Part shown: positions 36,031-47,171 of the stretch, one piece after another
How the letters are laid out: each line of letters begins with the position of its first letter
Position numbering within the stretch: position 1 is the first letter of the stretch
Assembly (NCBI GenBank): GCA_963720925.1
Contig: CAVRHE010000014.1
Location: 214,575-278,574 of the forward strand
Origin: an uncultured Acidobacteriota bacterium
GTDB lineage: Bacteria > Actinomycetota > Acidimicrobiia > Spongiisociales > ZC4RG35
Length of the DNA stretch: 64,000 bases
Reading direction: 5' to 3'
Program-made: the position numbers and the translations under genes
Notes under the pieces: model-generated
Told to the model about the DNA's origin: nothing
Databases searched by the model: none
What the model saw: the letters and a program-made list of their open reading frames with translations, nothing else

Positions 36031-37254
36031 GTGCCTGACTTACCAATCGTGCTTCTTCTGGGCACCCTCGACACCAAGGGCATCGAGTATTCGTACCTGC
36101 GAGACCGGTTGTCGGCCGACGATGTCGAGGTGTTGGTCGTCGACGTAGGGGTCCACGAGCCCGCAGGTATCACTCCGGACGTAACCCGGCAACAGGTGGC
36201 AGCAGCCATCGGAGCCGACGCCGATGAGCTCGCCGCGGCGGCAGACCGAGGCCAGGCAGTGGCCACCATGACGGAGGCTGCCGCCGTGTTCGTGGCTCAG
36301 CTCCACGGGGAGGGCCGGTTCGACGGCATCCTGGCGGCAGGTGGATCCGGGGGCACCGCGATCGCAACCAATGCCATGCGGGCGTTGCCCGTGGGTGTCC
36401 CGAAGTTGATGCTCTCGACCATGGCGTCGGGCGACACATCGCCGTATGTGGGCAGCACAGACATCACGATGATGGCGTCGGTGACCGATATCGCCGGGGT
36501 CAACTCGATCTCGGCTCTGATACTGGCGAACTCCGCCGCGGCGATGGCGGGCATGGTGAAAAAGGCTCCTGTCTCCCTCGACGATCAGCGCCCTCTGATC
36601 GCAGCCACGATGTTCGGCGTCACCACTCCGGCAGTCACGGCAGCGCGCCAGGACCTGGAGCGCCGCGGATATGAGGTGCTCGTCTTCCACTGCACCGGTA
36701 CCGGCGGAAAGGCCATGGAGAGCCTGGTCGATGCCGGATTCTTCGACGGGGTTCTCGATCTGACGACGACGGAGCTGTGTGACGAGTTGGTAGGCGGTGT
36801 CCTCAGTGCCGGCCCAGACCGGTTGGGAGCAGCTGCACGGACCGGAGTCCCCCAGGTGGTCTCATTGGGCGCCCTCGACATGGTGAACTTCGGGGCCCCC
36901 GAAACGGTGCCGGAGAAGTTCGAGGGTCGGACCATGTACCAGCACAACCCCTCGGTCACTCTGATGCGAACCACGGCCGAAGAAACGGCCCAGCTCGGTC
37001 GTCAGATCGCGGAGAAGCTCTCGGCTGCCTCGGGGCCCACGGCACTGTTCATGCCGATCGGAGGGGTCTCGATGATCGCTGTCGAAGGTCAGCCCTTTCA
37101 CGATGCGGCTGCTGACGAAGCACTGTTCTCCGCAATTCGTGAGAACCTCGCAGACTCGGTGGAGCTGGTCGAAATGGAATGCGACATCAACGACCCCGCA
37201 TTCGCGGCGGCGATGGCGCAGAAGCTGGACGACTACATGAAAGGGACAGGATGA
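36031..37254 (+). CDS. UPF0261 / Tm-1-like N-terminal ATP-binding domain family protein, copy 2
   Basis: 407 aa, paralog of 30848-32107. ATGA-coupled to the following TIM-barrel gene, the pairing seen as a fusion in plant Tm-1. Confidence 0.7.
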   Translation: MPDLPIVLLLGTLDTKGIEYSYLRDRLSADDVEVLVVDVGVHEPAGITPDVTRQQVAAAIGADADELAAAADRGQAVATMTEAAAVFVAQLHGEGRFDGILAAGGSGGTAIATNAMRALPVGVPKLMLSTMASGDTSPYVGSTDITMMASVTDIAGVNSISALILANSAAAMAGMVKKAPVSLDDQRPLIAATMFGVTTPAVTAARQDLERRGYEVLVFHCTGTGGKAMESLVDAGFFDGVLDLTTTELCDELVGGVLSAGPDRLGAAARTGVPQVVSLGALDMVNFGAPETVPEKFEGRTMYQHNPSVTLMRTTAEETAQLGRQIAEKLSAASGPTALFMPIGGVSMIAVEGQPFHDAAADEALFSAIRENLADSVELVEMECDINDPAFAAAMAQKLDDYMKGTG

Positions 37255-38072
37255 CTGGGGATCAAGCTCGGGCGAGGTTGCGGGCCACCCTCGAGGGAGG
37301 GGGTCCGATCATCGGGGCGGGTGCCGGGACCGGCCTCTCGGCGAAGTGCGCCGAGGCCGGTGGGGCCGACCTGATCATCATCTACAACTCGGGTCGTTAT
37401 CGAATGGCGGGTCGGGGATCGCTGGCAGGGCTGCTCCCCTATGGCGACGCCAATGCGATCGTGATGGAGATGGGTAACGAGGTCCTGCCCGTCGTCGACA
37501 AAACGCCGGTGCTGGCGGGAGTGTGCGGGACCGATCCATTTCGCATGATGCCCAACTTCCTCCGCCAGGTCGTGGACGCTGGATTCGCCGGGGTGCAGAA
37601 CTTCCCCACGGTGGGCCTCATCGATGGGACGTTCCGTGCCAACCTCGAGGAGACCGGCATGAGTTACGGGCTGGAGGTGGACATGATCAAGGAGGCCTCC
37701 GGTCTGGGACTCCTCACCTCGCCCTACGTGTTCAATCCCGACGATGCCGTCGCCATGACCAAGGCCGGGGCCGACGTGCTCGTCCCCCACATGGGTCTCA
37801 CCACGTCTGGGACCATCGGGGCGCAGACAGCCAAGACGCTGGACGATTGCGTCGTCGAGATCCAGGCCATGCATGACGCCGCGGTCGGCGTCAACGAGGA
37901 AATCGTCGTGCTCTGCCACGGAGGGCCCTTGGCCGAGCCCGACGACGCCCAATATGTCCTCGACCGCACCGAGGGGATCGTGGGCTTCTTCGGCGCCTCA
38001 TCGATGGAGCGTCTGCCAACCGAGGTGGCCATGACCGAGAACATGAGGCGCTTCAAGTCCCTGACCGTCTAA
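37251..38072 (+). CDS. PEP-hydrolase-like TIM-barrel protein (TIM-br_sig_trns / Tm-1 C-terminal domain family)
   Basis: 273 aa: [49 protein letters not shown]...[16 protein letters not shown]. Confidence 0.7.
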   Translation: MTGDQARARLRATLEGGGPIIGAGAGTGLSAKCAEAGGADLIIIYNSGRYRMAGRGSLAGLLPYGDANAIVMEMGNEVLPVVDKTPVLAGVCGTDPFRMMPNFLRQVVDAGFAGVQNFPTVGLIDGTFRANLEETGMSYGLEVDMIKEASGLGLLTSPYVFNPDDAVAMTKAGADVLVPHMGLTTSGTIGAQTAKTLDDCVVEIQAMHDAAVGVNEEIVVLCHGGPLAEPDDAQYVLDRTEGIVGFFGASSMERLPTEVAMTENMRRFKSLTV

Positions 38073-38086
38073 AGCAAGGAACGCAT

Positions 38087-38503
38087 ATGTCTGCCAAGTT
38101 CGTCGATCCAGCTTCCCTACCGACGTGGACCTTCGACTGGGGAATCATCAAGCCCCTCATCGCCACCGACAACACCGATGCCGGCCATTGCAGTCTCATG
38201 CACGTCATCCTGTTCCCAGGAAAGGGCCACGATCGGCACAACCACCCGGAGTCGGACGAGATCCTGTACATCCTCTCAGGGAGGGGGGACCAGATGATCG
38301 ACGACGGGGAGCCCGCTCCGGTGGTGCCCGGGGATGCGGTCTGGATACCTAAAGGTGTGTGGCATTCGACCCTGAACACCAGCTACGAGCCGATGGTGAT
38401 CCTCGCCGTGTATGCCCCGGCAGGCGCCGAGGACGTGCTCAAGACCTTGCCGGACTTCATCGCCGTCCCGGCCGGGTCGAATCCAAGTGTGGCCAGGAAC
38501 TGA
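38087..38503 (+). CDS. Cupin-domain protein
   Basis: 138 aa: GKGHDRHNHPESDEILYILSGRG...PGDAVWIPKGVWHS (cupin motifs 1 and 2). Confidence 0.8.
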   Translation: MSAKFVDPASLPTWTFDWGIIKPLIATDNTDAGHCSLMHVILFPGKGHDRHNHPESDEILYILSGRGDQMIDDGEPAPVVPGDAVWIPKGVWHSTLNTSYEPMVILAVYAPAGAEDVLKTLPDFIAVPAGSNPSVARN

Positions 38504-38510
38504 CCGGCGG

Positions 38511-40117
38511 TCAGACCACCTGTACCCAGGTGAGCACTTCGGGCATCCGGCGGCGCAGCAGACGGCTGGAGACGAACAGGGAGATCCCGTAGAGGACCAG
38601 ACCCCCAGGCGATGGCAGCGATCACTGCCACCCACGGAGCGAGGACCTGGCCGAAATCGACCGTCAACACGACGACCGCGGCCGGGGGAACCAGCAAGAG
38701 CCCGATGGCGAAGAAGGACACCGTCTGGCTGACGATTGCCAGGCAACCCTTGCTCGGTCGATTGGGCGAAGACGTCGGTCCCCTCTCGGGGGAGGCGAAG
38801 CGGTGTGAGGACGGAGACCACATTGCCTACCGCGAGCTGACAACCGATGGCAGCGACCGTCAAGGGAACGACCAGCCAGACCCATGTCCACTGGCCGGTG
38901 AAGATGGCAAGTCCGAGTGTGAGCACCGTCGTCTCCACGACCAAAGCACCTGCGACCGCCAGATTCTTCCCGAGAAGGATCTGATGTGGCTTCGGCGGCA
39001 GGACGAACAGATAGCTGGCGGCGTTGCGCTCCCACCCGAACAGATTGAGGGCGATCGGAAGACCGACGAAGAGGACGAGGATCGGGGCGACCAATGGGGC
39101 CCAGGCACGATCTCTGAGGTCGAAGAAGCCATTGGCATTCATGACCGCACCGCCCACGGCGAGGCCGACGAAAATGACAGTCCCCGTCCAGACCAGCCGC
39201 TGCCGGGGATCCCTCACGTAGAACCGCAGCTCCTTGCGGGCCATGGTGGGCACCACCCCCCACGGACCGATCGTCATGCCACCACGACGAGCACGAGCTG
39301 CCGGTTTGCTCTGCTGAACGGGGGTCGACAGGAGCCATCCGAGCAGGCGGCGCCAGGTGACGGCGAGGACGATGAGACCGACTGATGCGGCGGCCAGGGC
39401 GAGGAGGCCCGCGCCGGCACGCCCGCCGGAGGCATCGACGATTGCCTTCTGGGCTGCTACCGGTGGGAGCAGAGGCCACCATCTCGTGATCGGAGTTGAA
39501 GTCACCGCCCCCGCCAGACCCTGCTCGGCCACCGCGTCGCTCACGATCCGGTAGGCGAAGAAGGAGCCGGCGGCAAGACCGAGGATCAGGAACGTGGCGA
39601 TGTCGCGCCCGCGTCGGGTGCGGAGCACGCCAGAGACCGCAGCCGAGAACAATTGGCCGCCCACGGCGAGCAGCCCGAGGAAGACGATGGAGGCAGGGAT
39701 CGCCATCCACCAAGCGCCTCCCAAGGCGACGGCATTGGACACGAGCAAGGCGACGGGCACGACGGTTGATGGTGCGACGAGGCTGGAAGCGGCGAGCCCG
39801 GTGACCATCTGATTCGGCGTGAGTGGAAGGGTGGCCAACTGCTGTGGGTCGAGGTTCTCATCGAGCGGGAAGATGATGACCGGGAGGGTCACCCAGACCA
39901 GAAAGCCAATGAGTGCGGTCCATCCAAGGTACTCGGCGAGAGCGGACGGATCGGATTGCCTGAGCAGGACGATGTTCTCATAGTGGGATTGGGCCAACCA
40001 GAGCCCGAGCCAACCGAGGAGGATGGTGGCGACGGGAAGCCCGATCCGCCTCTGTCGATCGTGGCGGAATCCGTTCCAGGTGAGGCGAGCCTTGAGCTCT
40101 ACGAGCCGGAGTACCAC
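38511..40117 (-). pseudogene. ABC-2 type exporter permease (large, about 12 TM), with two frameshifts (~38745-38752 and ~38585-38592)
   Basis: GTG 40117 (VVLRLVELKARLTWNGF...) is readable to ...PREGTDVFAQSTEQG. Then comes CLAIVSQTVSFFAIGLLLVPPAAVVVLTVDFGQVLAPWVAVIAAIAWG in a second frame. The last piece, LVLYGISLFVSSRLLRRRMPEVLTWVQVV*, is in a third frame, after a G5 run. Confidence 0.7.
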
Positions 40118-40905
40118 GACGAGTCCGGAGTCCGCCCGCCCACGGCGGCGATGAAGGCATCTTCGACGTTGTCCACACCCATCCTGCGGCACAGCCCTTC
40201 GGGTGTCTCTTCGATCGTGAGCCTGCCCGCCACCATGATGCCGATCCTGGTGCACAGCTTCTCGACCAGGTGCATCTCATGCGAGGAGAAGACGATGGTG
40301 GTGCCTCCGTTTGCGGCCTGCTGGAGGAGACGACGGATCAGCCGGGCCGAGACCGCGTCAACGCCTTCGAAGGGCTCGTCGAGAAACAGCACCGGAGGTC
40401 GATGGATGATCGCTGCGCCCAGGGCGATCTTCTTCCGCATCCCCCGCGAGTAGTCGCCAACGAGCTTCGACCCGGCGTCGACGAGGTCGAGGAGGTCGAG
40501 GAGCTCGTTGCGACGCTTCGCTGCCTCCTCCCGGTCGAGTCCGTGCATGGCGGCGGTGAAGTCGAGCAGCTCGGCGCCAGTCAGTCGCTCATACAGGTTG
40601 AACTCCTCGGGCAGTACCCCGATCCGAGCCTTGACTTCGGTCGGGCTTTTCCAGGTGTCGAATTGGCCTATCCCGACGCTGCCCTCGTTCGGCCTCAGGA
40701 GCCCGACGATGGTCTTGATAGTCGTCGTCTTTCCCGCGCCGTTTTGGCCGAGGAGACCGTAGAACTCGCCCGGTTCGATCGACAGGTCGACATGGTCGAC
40801 GGCCACGGTCTTTCCGAATCGCCGGACGAGCCCCGTGGCCCAGACCGCGGGCGGTGAAGCGCCGACGGCGTCGGTAGTGGTGTCGTCTATCAGGGGCTGG
40901 GTCAC
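40099..40905 (-). CDS. ABC transporter ATP-binding protein
   Basis: 268 aa: GQNGAGKTT, YSRGMRKKIALGAA, VLFLDEPFEGVD. Confidence 0.9.
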   Translation of the reverse strand: MTQPLIDDTTTDAVGASPPAVWATGLVRRFGKTVAVDHVDLSIEPGEFYGLLGQNGAGKTTTIKTIVGLLRPNEGSVGIGQFDTWKSPTEVKARIGVLPEEFNLYERLTGAELLDFTAAMHGLDREEAAKRRNELLDLLDLVDAGSKLVGDYSRGMRKKIALGAAIIHRPPVLFLDEPFEGVDAVSARLIRRLLQQAANGGTTIVFSSHEMHLVEKLCTRIGIMVAGRLTIEETPEGLCRRMGVDNVEDAFIAAVGGRTPDSSWYSGS

Positions 40906-40978
40906 GTGGGCAAGTATCGACCGATGGATGGGGTAACCGAAGTGGAAGTGGGTGGCGCGACCAGGCCTCCGACCGGTA

Positions 40979-41431
40979 TCAAAGGACGCCGCCGCGCTCT
41001 CGGGCTGCCGATTCGACCAGCTGTCGAAGGGCTGGACCGTCGAGCTGTGCGACGTCGGTGATCCTGAGACTCCTCATGCTCAGCCTCCCCGACGCCTGTC
41101 TGCCCGTGCCTTCAGGCAACAATCCCTCAGGGTCGGGAAGATCCCCGCCCCGGTAGAAGCCGAGCGTGACGTGCTTGGTGAAGGGCATGCAGTAGGCGAA
41201 CTGCTCGCTGAGCTTCCGCGGGCCCACACCCCATCCGACCGAGCCCTGAGTCGGCCAAGCCACCTCGATCGTGGCCGGGAAGACGTCGTAGACGAGGTCC
41301 CGTGTGGCAAACGCCAGCCTCTTGACCGTTGATGGGGACGACTCGATCACGAGCCGAAACGCATGGTCGTGCGATCGTCCCTTCTCGTTGACGATCCCGG
41401 CACTCTCTGCCACGGCGCCATTCTGACGCAC
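40979..41431 (-). CDS. DUF1801 (YdhG-like) domain protein
   Basis: 150 aa: ...FTKHVTLGFYRGGDLPDPEGLL...MRSLRITDVAQLDGPALRQLVESA. The family call is from memory. Confidence 0.55.
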   Translation of the reverse strand: MRQNGAVAESAGIVNEKGRSHDHAFRLVIESSPSTVKRLAFATRDLVYDVFPATIEVAWPTQGSVGWGVGPRKLSEQFAYCMPFTKHVTLGFYRGGDLPDPEGLLPEGTGRQASGRLSMRSLRITDVAQLDGPALRQLVESAARERGGVL

Positions 41432-41471
41432 CCGCTCCTGGCGGTATACCGAGACCCTGCCAGCAGGTACC

Positions 41472-43190
41472 GTGGCAGCGGTGGAGTACCAGGCTCTCTA
41501 TCGCAAGTACCGGCCCCAGACATTCGACGACGTCATCGGTCAGGGCCATGTCACCACCACCCTGGCGCGGGAGGTGGCCGACGAGCGTGTGGCTCATGCC
41601 TATCTGTTCACCGGACCCCGCGGCACCGGCAAGACCACTACGGCGCGGATCCTGGCCAAGGCGCTCAACTGTGTGAACCGGGGGGCTGACGGCTCGCCTT
41701 GCAACATTTGTCCCAGCTGTGTCGCGATCACCGAGGGCACCTCCCTCGACGTCCTGGAGCTCGACGCTGCTTCCCACAACTCTGTCGATGACATCCGTGA
41801 CATCAAGGTGAGTGTCACCACGGTGGCGTCATCGGCGACGTCGAAGAGGGTGTTCGTCCTCGACGAGGCCCACATGCTTTCCAAGGCCGCGGGCAATGCC
41901 TTACTCAAGACGCTCGAGGAGCCACCCGACCACGTGCATTTCGTCCTGGCCACTACCGAGCCGTACAAGCTGCTCGACACGATCCGATCCCGAAGCCAGC
42001 GGTTCGACTTTCACCCCGTGCCGATCGAGGAGCTGGCCGGCCATCTCAGCCTGATCGCCGACCGAGAGCGGTACAAGACCGACCCCGCCGCCCTGATCGC
42101 CATATCGCGCCATGCCGGAGGGTCGGTGCGCGACTCCCTGTCGTTGCTGGAGCAGGTAGCCGCTCTCGGTGCGGGCTCGGTGGATGTCGCCGGGGTGAGA
42201 AGAGCCCTGGGTCTGGCCGATTCCGAGGCCTTTATGCGCCTCGTCGAGGCAGTGGCCGACCAGGATGCCAAGACTGCGCTCGAGCTGGTAGCCGAGCTCG
42301 CCGCCGATGGAGTGGACCTGAGAAGGTTTGTCGCCGAGTCGGTTGCCTTCTTTCGCGGGGCTTTCCTCGCTCACTACGCGCCCAATCTGGCCGAGATCTC
42401 CGACGAGCCGGCCGATGTGTATGAGTCGTGGCGCAAGGCTGCCCAGCTCGTCTCGGCCGCCGACGTGCTGCGGGCCGTCGACCTCCTCGGAGACGCCCTG
42501 GTCAGGCTGCGTGAAGGGCGCGAGGAGAGGCTGATGACGGAGTTGGCCCTGATCAAGCTCACCCGGCCGGAGACATCCAGCGACACCGAGGCATTGCTAT
42601 CGAGGGTGGAGCGGATCGAGCGGCGCCTCGGCAAGCCCGATCCGGTTCCTGCCGGCGTTGTCTCCAGCACACCCGAGCCCTCCAGATCGGCCCCTTCCGC
42701 GCCTGCGGCGGTGGAGCCTCCAGCCGTGTCAGCACCCGTACCGGTTGAGAGCGGCAACGGCGAGGCGGAGGTTGTGCCCGAGCCGGCAACGGATGCCCCG
42801 GCCATCGACGTCTCCTTCGAGCAACTGCAGAAGGTGTGGCCAGGTCTGTTCGGGTCTTTCCGCGACGTGCTCGGCGCTAGACGTTGGGCATTCTTCAGGG
42901 AGGCTGTGCCGGCAGCCGTCGAGGGCAATGTCATCGTCCTCGAAGTGCCCCACGGGTTTCATCTCCAGTCCCTGCAAGAGGACGATGCGGTCGCGGCAAT
43001 CGTGGCTACCCGGGCCGGCGACCTTCTCGGTGGCCCGGTACGGGTGAGGTTCGGACTCAGGGAGCCATCCGCCGACGGCACCGGGGATCAGACCATCGAT
43101 ATGACCCAACTCGAGGAGCGGCCCGAGGCTTCGAGTGACCCAACATCGCTTCTCGCCACCGAGCTCGGCGCCGAAGTAGTCGACGAATAG
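41472..43190 (+). CDS. dnaX: DNA polymerase III subunit gamma/tau
   Basis: 572 aa: YRKYRPQTFDDVIGQGHV...AHAYLFTGPRGTGKTTTARILAKALNC...CNICPSCVAI...VFVLDEAHMLS...SRSQRF. Confidence 0.95.
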   Translation: MAAVEYQALYRKYRPQTFDDVIGQGHVTTTLAREVADERVAHAYLFTGPRGTGKTTTARILAKALNCVNRGADGSPCNICPSCVAITEGTSLDVLELDAASHNSVDDIRDIKVSVTTVASSATSKRVFVLDEAHMLSKAAGNALLKTLEEPPDHVHFVLATTEPYKLLDTIRSRSQRFDFHPVPIEELAGHLSLIADRERYKTDPAALIAISRHAGGSVRDSLSLLEQVAALGAGSVDVAGVRRALGLADSEAFMRLVEAVADQDAKTALELVAELAADGVDLRRFVAESVAFFRGAFLAHYAPNLAEISDEPADVYESWRKAAQLVSAADVLRAVDLLGDALVRLREGREERLMTELALIKLTRPETSSDTEALLSRVERIERRLGKPDPVPAGVVSSTPEPSRSAPSAPAAVEPPAVSAPVPVESGNGEAEVVPEPATDAPAIDVSFEQLQKVWPGLFGSFRDVLGARRWAFFREAVPAAVEGNVIVLEVPHGFHLQSLQEDDAVAAIVATRAGDLLGGPVRVRFGLREPSADGTGDQTIDMTQLEERPEASSDPTSLLATELGAEVVDE

Positions 43191-43209
43191 CCCACTACCG
43201 TTGGCCGCT

Positions 43210-43532
43210 ATGAACCGTCAACCCGACATGCGTCAGATCATGGCGCAGGCACAAAAGATGCAGGAGCAGCTCGCCGCAGCCCAGGAAGAGCTGGCCGGGA
43301 GGACCTTCGAGGGCTCGGCCGGTGGTGGGATGGTGGTAGCCAAGGTCACCGGAGCCCAAGAATTGGTCGACTTGACCATCTCGTCGGAGGTGGTAGATCC
43401 GGACGATGTCGAGATGCTTCAGGACCTGGTGCTGGCCGCGGTCCGCCAGGCCCTCGAAGCCGCCTCCAATGCAGCTTCCGAGGAACTGGGAGGGCTCACC
43501 GGGGCCTTGGCCTCGGCGGCCTGCTCGGTTGA
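43210..43532 (+). pseudogene. ybaB: YbaB/EbfC nucleoid-associated protein, with a frameshift in a G run at ~43501-43504
   Basis: [66 protein letters not shown]...EELGGLTG. The typical C-terminus GLGLGGLLG*, with TGATG coupling to recR, is in the +1 frame. The as-written frame runs on through recR. Confidence 0.8.
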
Positions 43533-44125
43533 TGTTCGAAGGCCCGGTCCAGCGTCTCATCGACGAGATGTCCCGTCTGCCCGGCATAGGGCAGAAGACG
43601 GCCCAACGCCTCGCCTTTCATCTGCTCAGCGTCGAGGAGGCCGATGCCAGGCGCCTGGCTACCGCGATCAACGACATGAGAGACCAGGTGACCCTCTGCG
43701 AGCGTTGCTTCAACGTCGCCGCCGGCGAGCAATGCGTGATTTGCCGCGACACTCGACGCGACAACTCGCTGGTCTGTGTCGTAGAACGTCCCCAGGACAT
43801 CATCGTCGTCGAGCGGACGCAGGAGTTCCGGGGCCTGTATCACGTGCTCGGGGGCTCGCTGTCGCCGATCAACGGCGTCGGGCCGGGGCAGCTCCGCATC
43901 GGCGAGTTGCGGGATCGCCTCGATCGCGAGGCGATCGAGGAGCTGATCGTCGCTACCAACCCCACCGTCGAAGGTGATGCCACTGCCATGTATCTCGCTC
44001 GCGAGCTGAAGCCGCTCGGGGTGAAAGTCACTCGGCTCGCATCCGGGCTCCCGGTCGGTGGCGACCTCGACTACGCCGACGAGCTCACATTGGGTCGGGC
44101 CCTGGCCGGCCGGATGGAGTTGTGA
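43532..44125 (+). CDS. recR: Recombination protein RecR
   Basis: [32 protein letters not shown], Zn finger [16 protein letters not shown], Toprim [14 protein letters not shown]...GLYHVLGG. Confidence 0.95.
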   Translation: MFEGPVQRLIDEMSRLPGIGQKTAQRLAFHLLSVEEADARRLATAINDMRDQVTLCERCFNVAAGEQCVICRDTRRDNSLVCVVERPQDIIVVERTQEFRGLYHVLGGSLSPINGVGPGQLRIGELRDRLDREAIEELIVATNPTVEGDATAMYLARELKPLGVKVTRLASGLPVGGDLDYADELTLGRALAGRMEL

Positions 44126-44174
44126 GCGCTCGGAGTCCGGTCGTAGTGCGGGAGCGGACGCCGCAGACCGATTC

Positions 44175-44511
44175 ATGCGTCGCTGGCTGCGCGTCGGTGA
44201 TGTGGTCGACAAGAACGCCATCCTCGGCGCACGGCGTTCGACGACCGCCGCCATCGTGGTCTCCGGGATCCGTTGCATCATCACCTATCTGCTCATCCCG
44301 GTCCTGGCCCCGGTGATAGGCATCTCCGATGCGGCGAGCGCGCCGGTCACCATCGCCCTCTCAGTGCTCGCCATCGTCATGGGGATCACCGGTGTCCGGC
44401 GTTTCTGGATGGCTGACCACCGCAGCCCGATGGGCCTACACGATCTTCATCGTGGTGATCGTGGCCTTGCTCGCCGTCGGGATCGTTCTCGACTTCGCCT
44501 CGATGATCTGA
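44175..44511 (+). pseudogene. Small hypothetical membrane protein, with an apparent frameshift near 44421-44431
   Basis: MRRWLRVGDVVDKNAILGARRSTTAAIVVSGIRCIITYLLIPVLAPVIG...ITGVRRFWMADHR, then RWAYTIFIVVIVALLAVGIVLDFASMI* in another frame (ORF 44329-44511). Confidence 0.45.
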
Positions 44512-44519
44512 GCGAACCC

Positions 44520-45514
44520 CTAGTCGAGGGTTCGGGCCGAGATCTCCCGCAGCCGGGCGATGTTGTGGGTGGCCTCCATGTACCGGATCGAGCCGGTCTT
44601 GGACCGCATGATCACCGAATGGGTGACCACATGGTCCTCGCGTCTGAACTCGACAGCGCGCAGGTATTCGCCACCGGTCACGCCGGTTGCCGAGAAGAAG
44701 ACATTGTCAGAAGAGACCAGTTGATTGGTGCCCATCACCTCGTCGAGATCGAGGCCCTCCTCCGCAGCCAGACGTCGTCTCGTCGTCGTTCCTCGGCCAC
44801 AGCTTGCACTGGATCTCGGCCCCCATACATTTCAGAGCAGCAGCGGCGATGACCGCCTCGGGTGAGCCCCCGATCCCGAGCAGGATGTCAGCGGCAGTGT
44901 CGTCCTGGGCAGTGGCGATGGCCCCGGCCACGTCACCGTCCCTGATGAGCGAGATCCGCGCTCCCGCCTGCCTCACCCCGTCGATGTAGTGCTTGTTGCG
45001 TTCCCGGTCGAGAATCAGGACCCGGAGATCGTTGACCTCCTTCCGCTTCGCCTTGGCCACCTGACGCAGGTTGTGCTCGACCGGAGCTTCCAGCTCGACC
45101 ACCCCGGCCGCTTCGGGACCCACGGCGATCTTGTCCATGTAGACCAGCGATCCCGGGGCATACATGCTGCCCGCGACCCTCGGCGATTGCGATCACGGCG
45201 ATGGCTCCGGGCATTCCCGAGGCGGTGAGGGTGGTCCCGTCGACCGGGTCGACGGCCACGTCGACCACCAGGCCATCGCCTGTTCCCACTCGCTCGCCGT
45301 TGAAGAGCATCGGCGCCGAGTCCTTCTCCCCCTCACCGATCACCACGAGCCCGTCGATATCGAGGGTGGAGAGGTGGAGTCGCATCCCGTCGACCGCGGC
45401 CTGGTCGGCGGCTTCCTTGTTTCCCCGCCCCAGCCATCGTGCCGCTCCCATGGCTGCGGTCTCGGTGACTCTCACCAGGTCGAGGCCCAGGTTCCGTTCC
45501 ACGGGCTCAGGCAT
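44520..45514 (-). pseudogene. glpX: Class II fructose-1,6-bisphosphatase GlpX, with two frameshifts (~45166-45180 and ~44778)
   Basis: Three pieces. Piece 1: [42 protein letters not shown]...[25 protein letters not shown]. Piece 2: [19 protein letters not shown]...[11 protein letters not shown]...LLGIGGSPEAVIAAAALKCMGAEIQCKLWPRNDDE. Piece 3: (RRLAAEEGLDLDEV)MGTNQLVSSDNVFFSATGVTGGEYL... Confidence 0.9.
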
Positions 45515-46695
45515 CAACCCACCTTGACGATGATGGCATCGCCCTGGCCTCCGCCTCCGCACAGGGTGGCCGCCCCGATTCCCCCGCCACGGGTCTGGAG
45601 GGCATTGATCAAACTGACCACGAGTCTGGCCCCGGTCGCGCCCAGCGGATGGCCGAGAGCGACAGCGCCGCCATTGACGTTGACCTTGTCGTCGGGGATG
45701 TCGAGCATCCGAGCCGACCAATATGCGACTGCGGCGAACGCCTCATTGATCTCCACGATGTCGAGGTCGCCGACGTCCAGGCCCGCCCGCTTCAGCGCAA
45801 CCAGGAGGGCCTCAGCGGGCCGTTCGTGGAGGGTCGCGTCGCCGCCACCTATCTGACCGTAGGCGAGGATCTCGGCGAGGATCGGCGCACCCGATGCTTC
45901 CGCGGCGTCGCGGTCTGCCACGACCACGGCGGCCGCCCCGTCGGAGATCTGAGACGCGTTGCCGGCGGTGATCGTTCCGGCGGCAGCAAAGGCAGGGCGC
46001 AGCGCGGACAACGACTCCTGTGTCGATCCTGCCCTGATCCCCTCATCGCGGTCGACGATCGTGGGCTCACCCTTGGCTTGGGGGACCGGCACGGGCACGA
46101 TCTCTCCGGCCATGGTGCCGGTACGAGTGGCTTCCTCCGCACGCTGATGGCTTCGGGCGGCCCAAGCGTCCTGCTCCTCCCTGCCGATGCCGAGACGCTG
46201 GTTCTTTCGATCCGAAGACTCGCCCATGGTGCATTGGTCGAATACGCAGAACAGGCCATCGTGTTGCATGACGTCGATCATCTCGGCGTTGCCGATCCGG
46301 ACCCCCCACCTCAGATCGCGGACCACGTGAGGAGCGTTGGACATGCTCTCCATGCCACCGGCTACCACGAACTTGGAATCCCCGGCCCTGATCCCCCGCT
46401 CGGCGAGTCCGATGGCCGCCATCCCGGAGAGGCAGACCTTGTTGATGGTGACCGACGGGACAGTCATGGGGAGGCCACCGCGCACGGCAGCCTGACGGGC
46501 CGTTATCTGCCCTTCGCCCGCCTGGAGCACGTGCCCGAACAACACCTCGTCCACCGCCCCCGGTTCGACTCCGCCGCGCGCCAGGGCGCCGGCGATTGCC
46601 ACACCCCCGAGCTCGACTGCGTGGAGGGGAGCGAGAGAGCCGCCATACTTCCCGATCGGGGTCCGAGCGGAGCCGGTGATGACTGGGTTGCTCAC
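45514..46695 (-). CDS. Acetyl-CoA C-acetyltransferase (thiolase II)
   Basis: 393 aa: ...[12 protein letters not shown]... (active-site Cys), ...[20 protein letters not shown]..., ...[13 protein letters not shown]. Confidence 0.95.
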   Translation of the reverse strand: MSNPVITGSARTPIGKYGGSLAPLHAVELGGVAIAGALARGGVEPGAVDEVLFGHVLQAGEGQITARQAAVRGGLPMTVPSVTINKVCLSGMAAIGLAERGIRAGDSKFVVAGGMESMSNAPHVVRDLRWGVRIGNAEMIDVMQHDGLFCVFDQCTMGESSDRKNQRLGIGREEQDAWAARSHQRAEEATRTGTMAGEIVPVPVPQAKGEPTIVDRDEGIRAGSTQESLSALRPAFAAAGTITAGNASQISDGAAAVVVADRDAAEASGAPILAEILAYGQIGGGDATLHERPAEALLVALKRAGLDVGDLDIVEINEAFAAVAYWSARMLDIPDDKVNVNGGAVALGHPLGATGARLVVSLINALQTRGGGIGAATLCGGGGQGDAIIVKVG

Positions 46696-46757
46696 GGAAG
46701 GGAGATGCTACCGGCCACGGGCGTCTGCCCTCTCTGGCAAATCAGTGCTTTAGCCTC

Positions 46758-47171
46758 ATGCCGGTGAAGCTGCTCAATCTCGACCACGTTGCGATAGCCG
46801 TGCATGATCTGGATGCTTCGCTCGACGGATACCGGAGTCGTTATCGGGTCGAGCCGCTGTATCGGGAGGTGGTGGAGGCCCAAGGGGTCGAGGAGGCGAT
46901 GATCCCTGTGGGGGGCTCGTTCATCCAGTTGCTGCAACCTCTGGCCACCGACTCACCGGTTGGCCGCTTCCTGGAGGGCAGAGGCGAGGGCTTGCACCAC
47001 GTCGCCTTCGCGGTTGCATCCATCGACGTCGCCCTGGAGCATTTGCGTGAGGAGGGGGCGAGACTCGTCGACGATGCCGCTCGCCCCGGTGGACGGGGGA
47101 CCCGCATCGCCTTCGTCCATCCCGCCGACCTCACTGGTACCTTGATCGAACTCGTGGAGTTGCCCGCATGA
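46758..47171 (+). CDS. mce: Methylmalonyl-CoA epimerase (VOC/glyoxalase fold)
   Basis: 137 aa: LDHVAIAVHDLDASL...IQLLQPL...SPVGRFLEGRGEGLHHVAFAV...IAFVHPADLTGTLIELVE. Confidence 0.85.
   Translation: MPVKLLNLDHVAIAVHDLDASLDGYRSRYRVEPLYREVVEAQGVEEAMIPVGGSFIQLLQPLATDSPVGRFLEGRGEGLHHVAFAVASIDVALEHLREEGARLVDDAARPGGRGTRIAFVHPADLTGTLIELVELPA

Noticed and set aside
40906-41471. An SRP (4.5S) RNA gene, which often precedes dnaX-ybaB-recR
   Set aside because: I looked for the conserved domain IV core (GGAAGGAAGCAGC-like sequence) and found nothing similar. The space is occupied by a DUF1801-type CDS.
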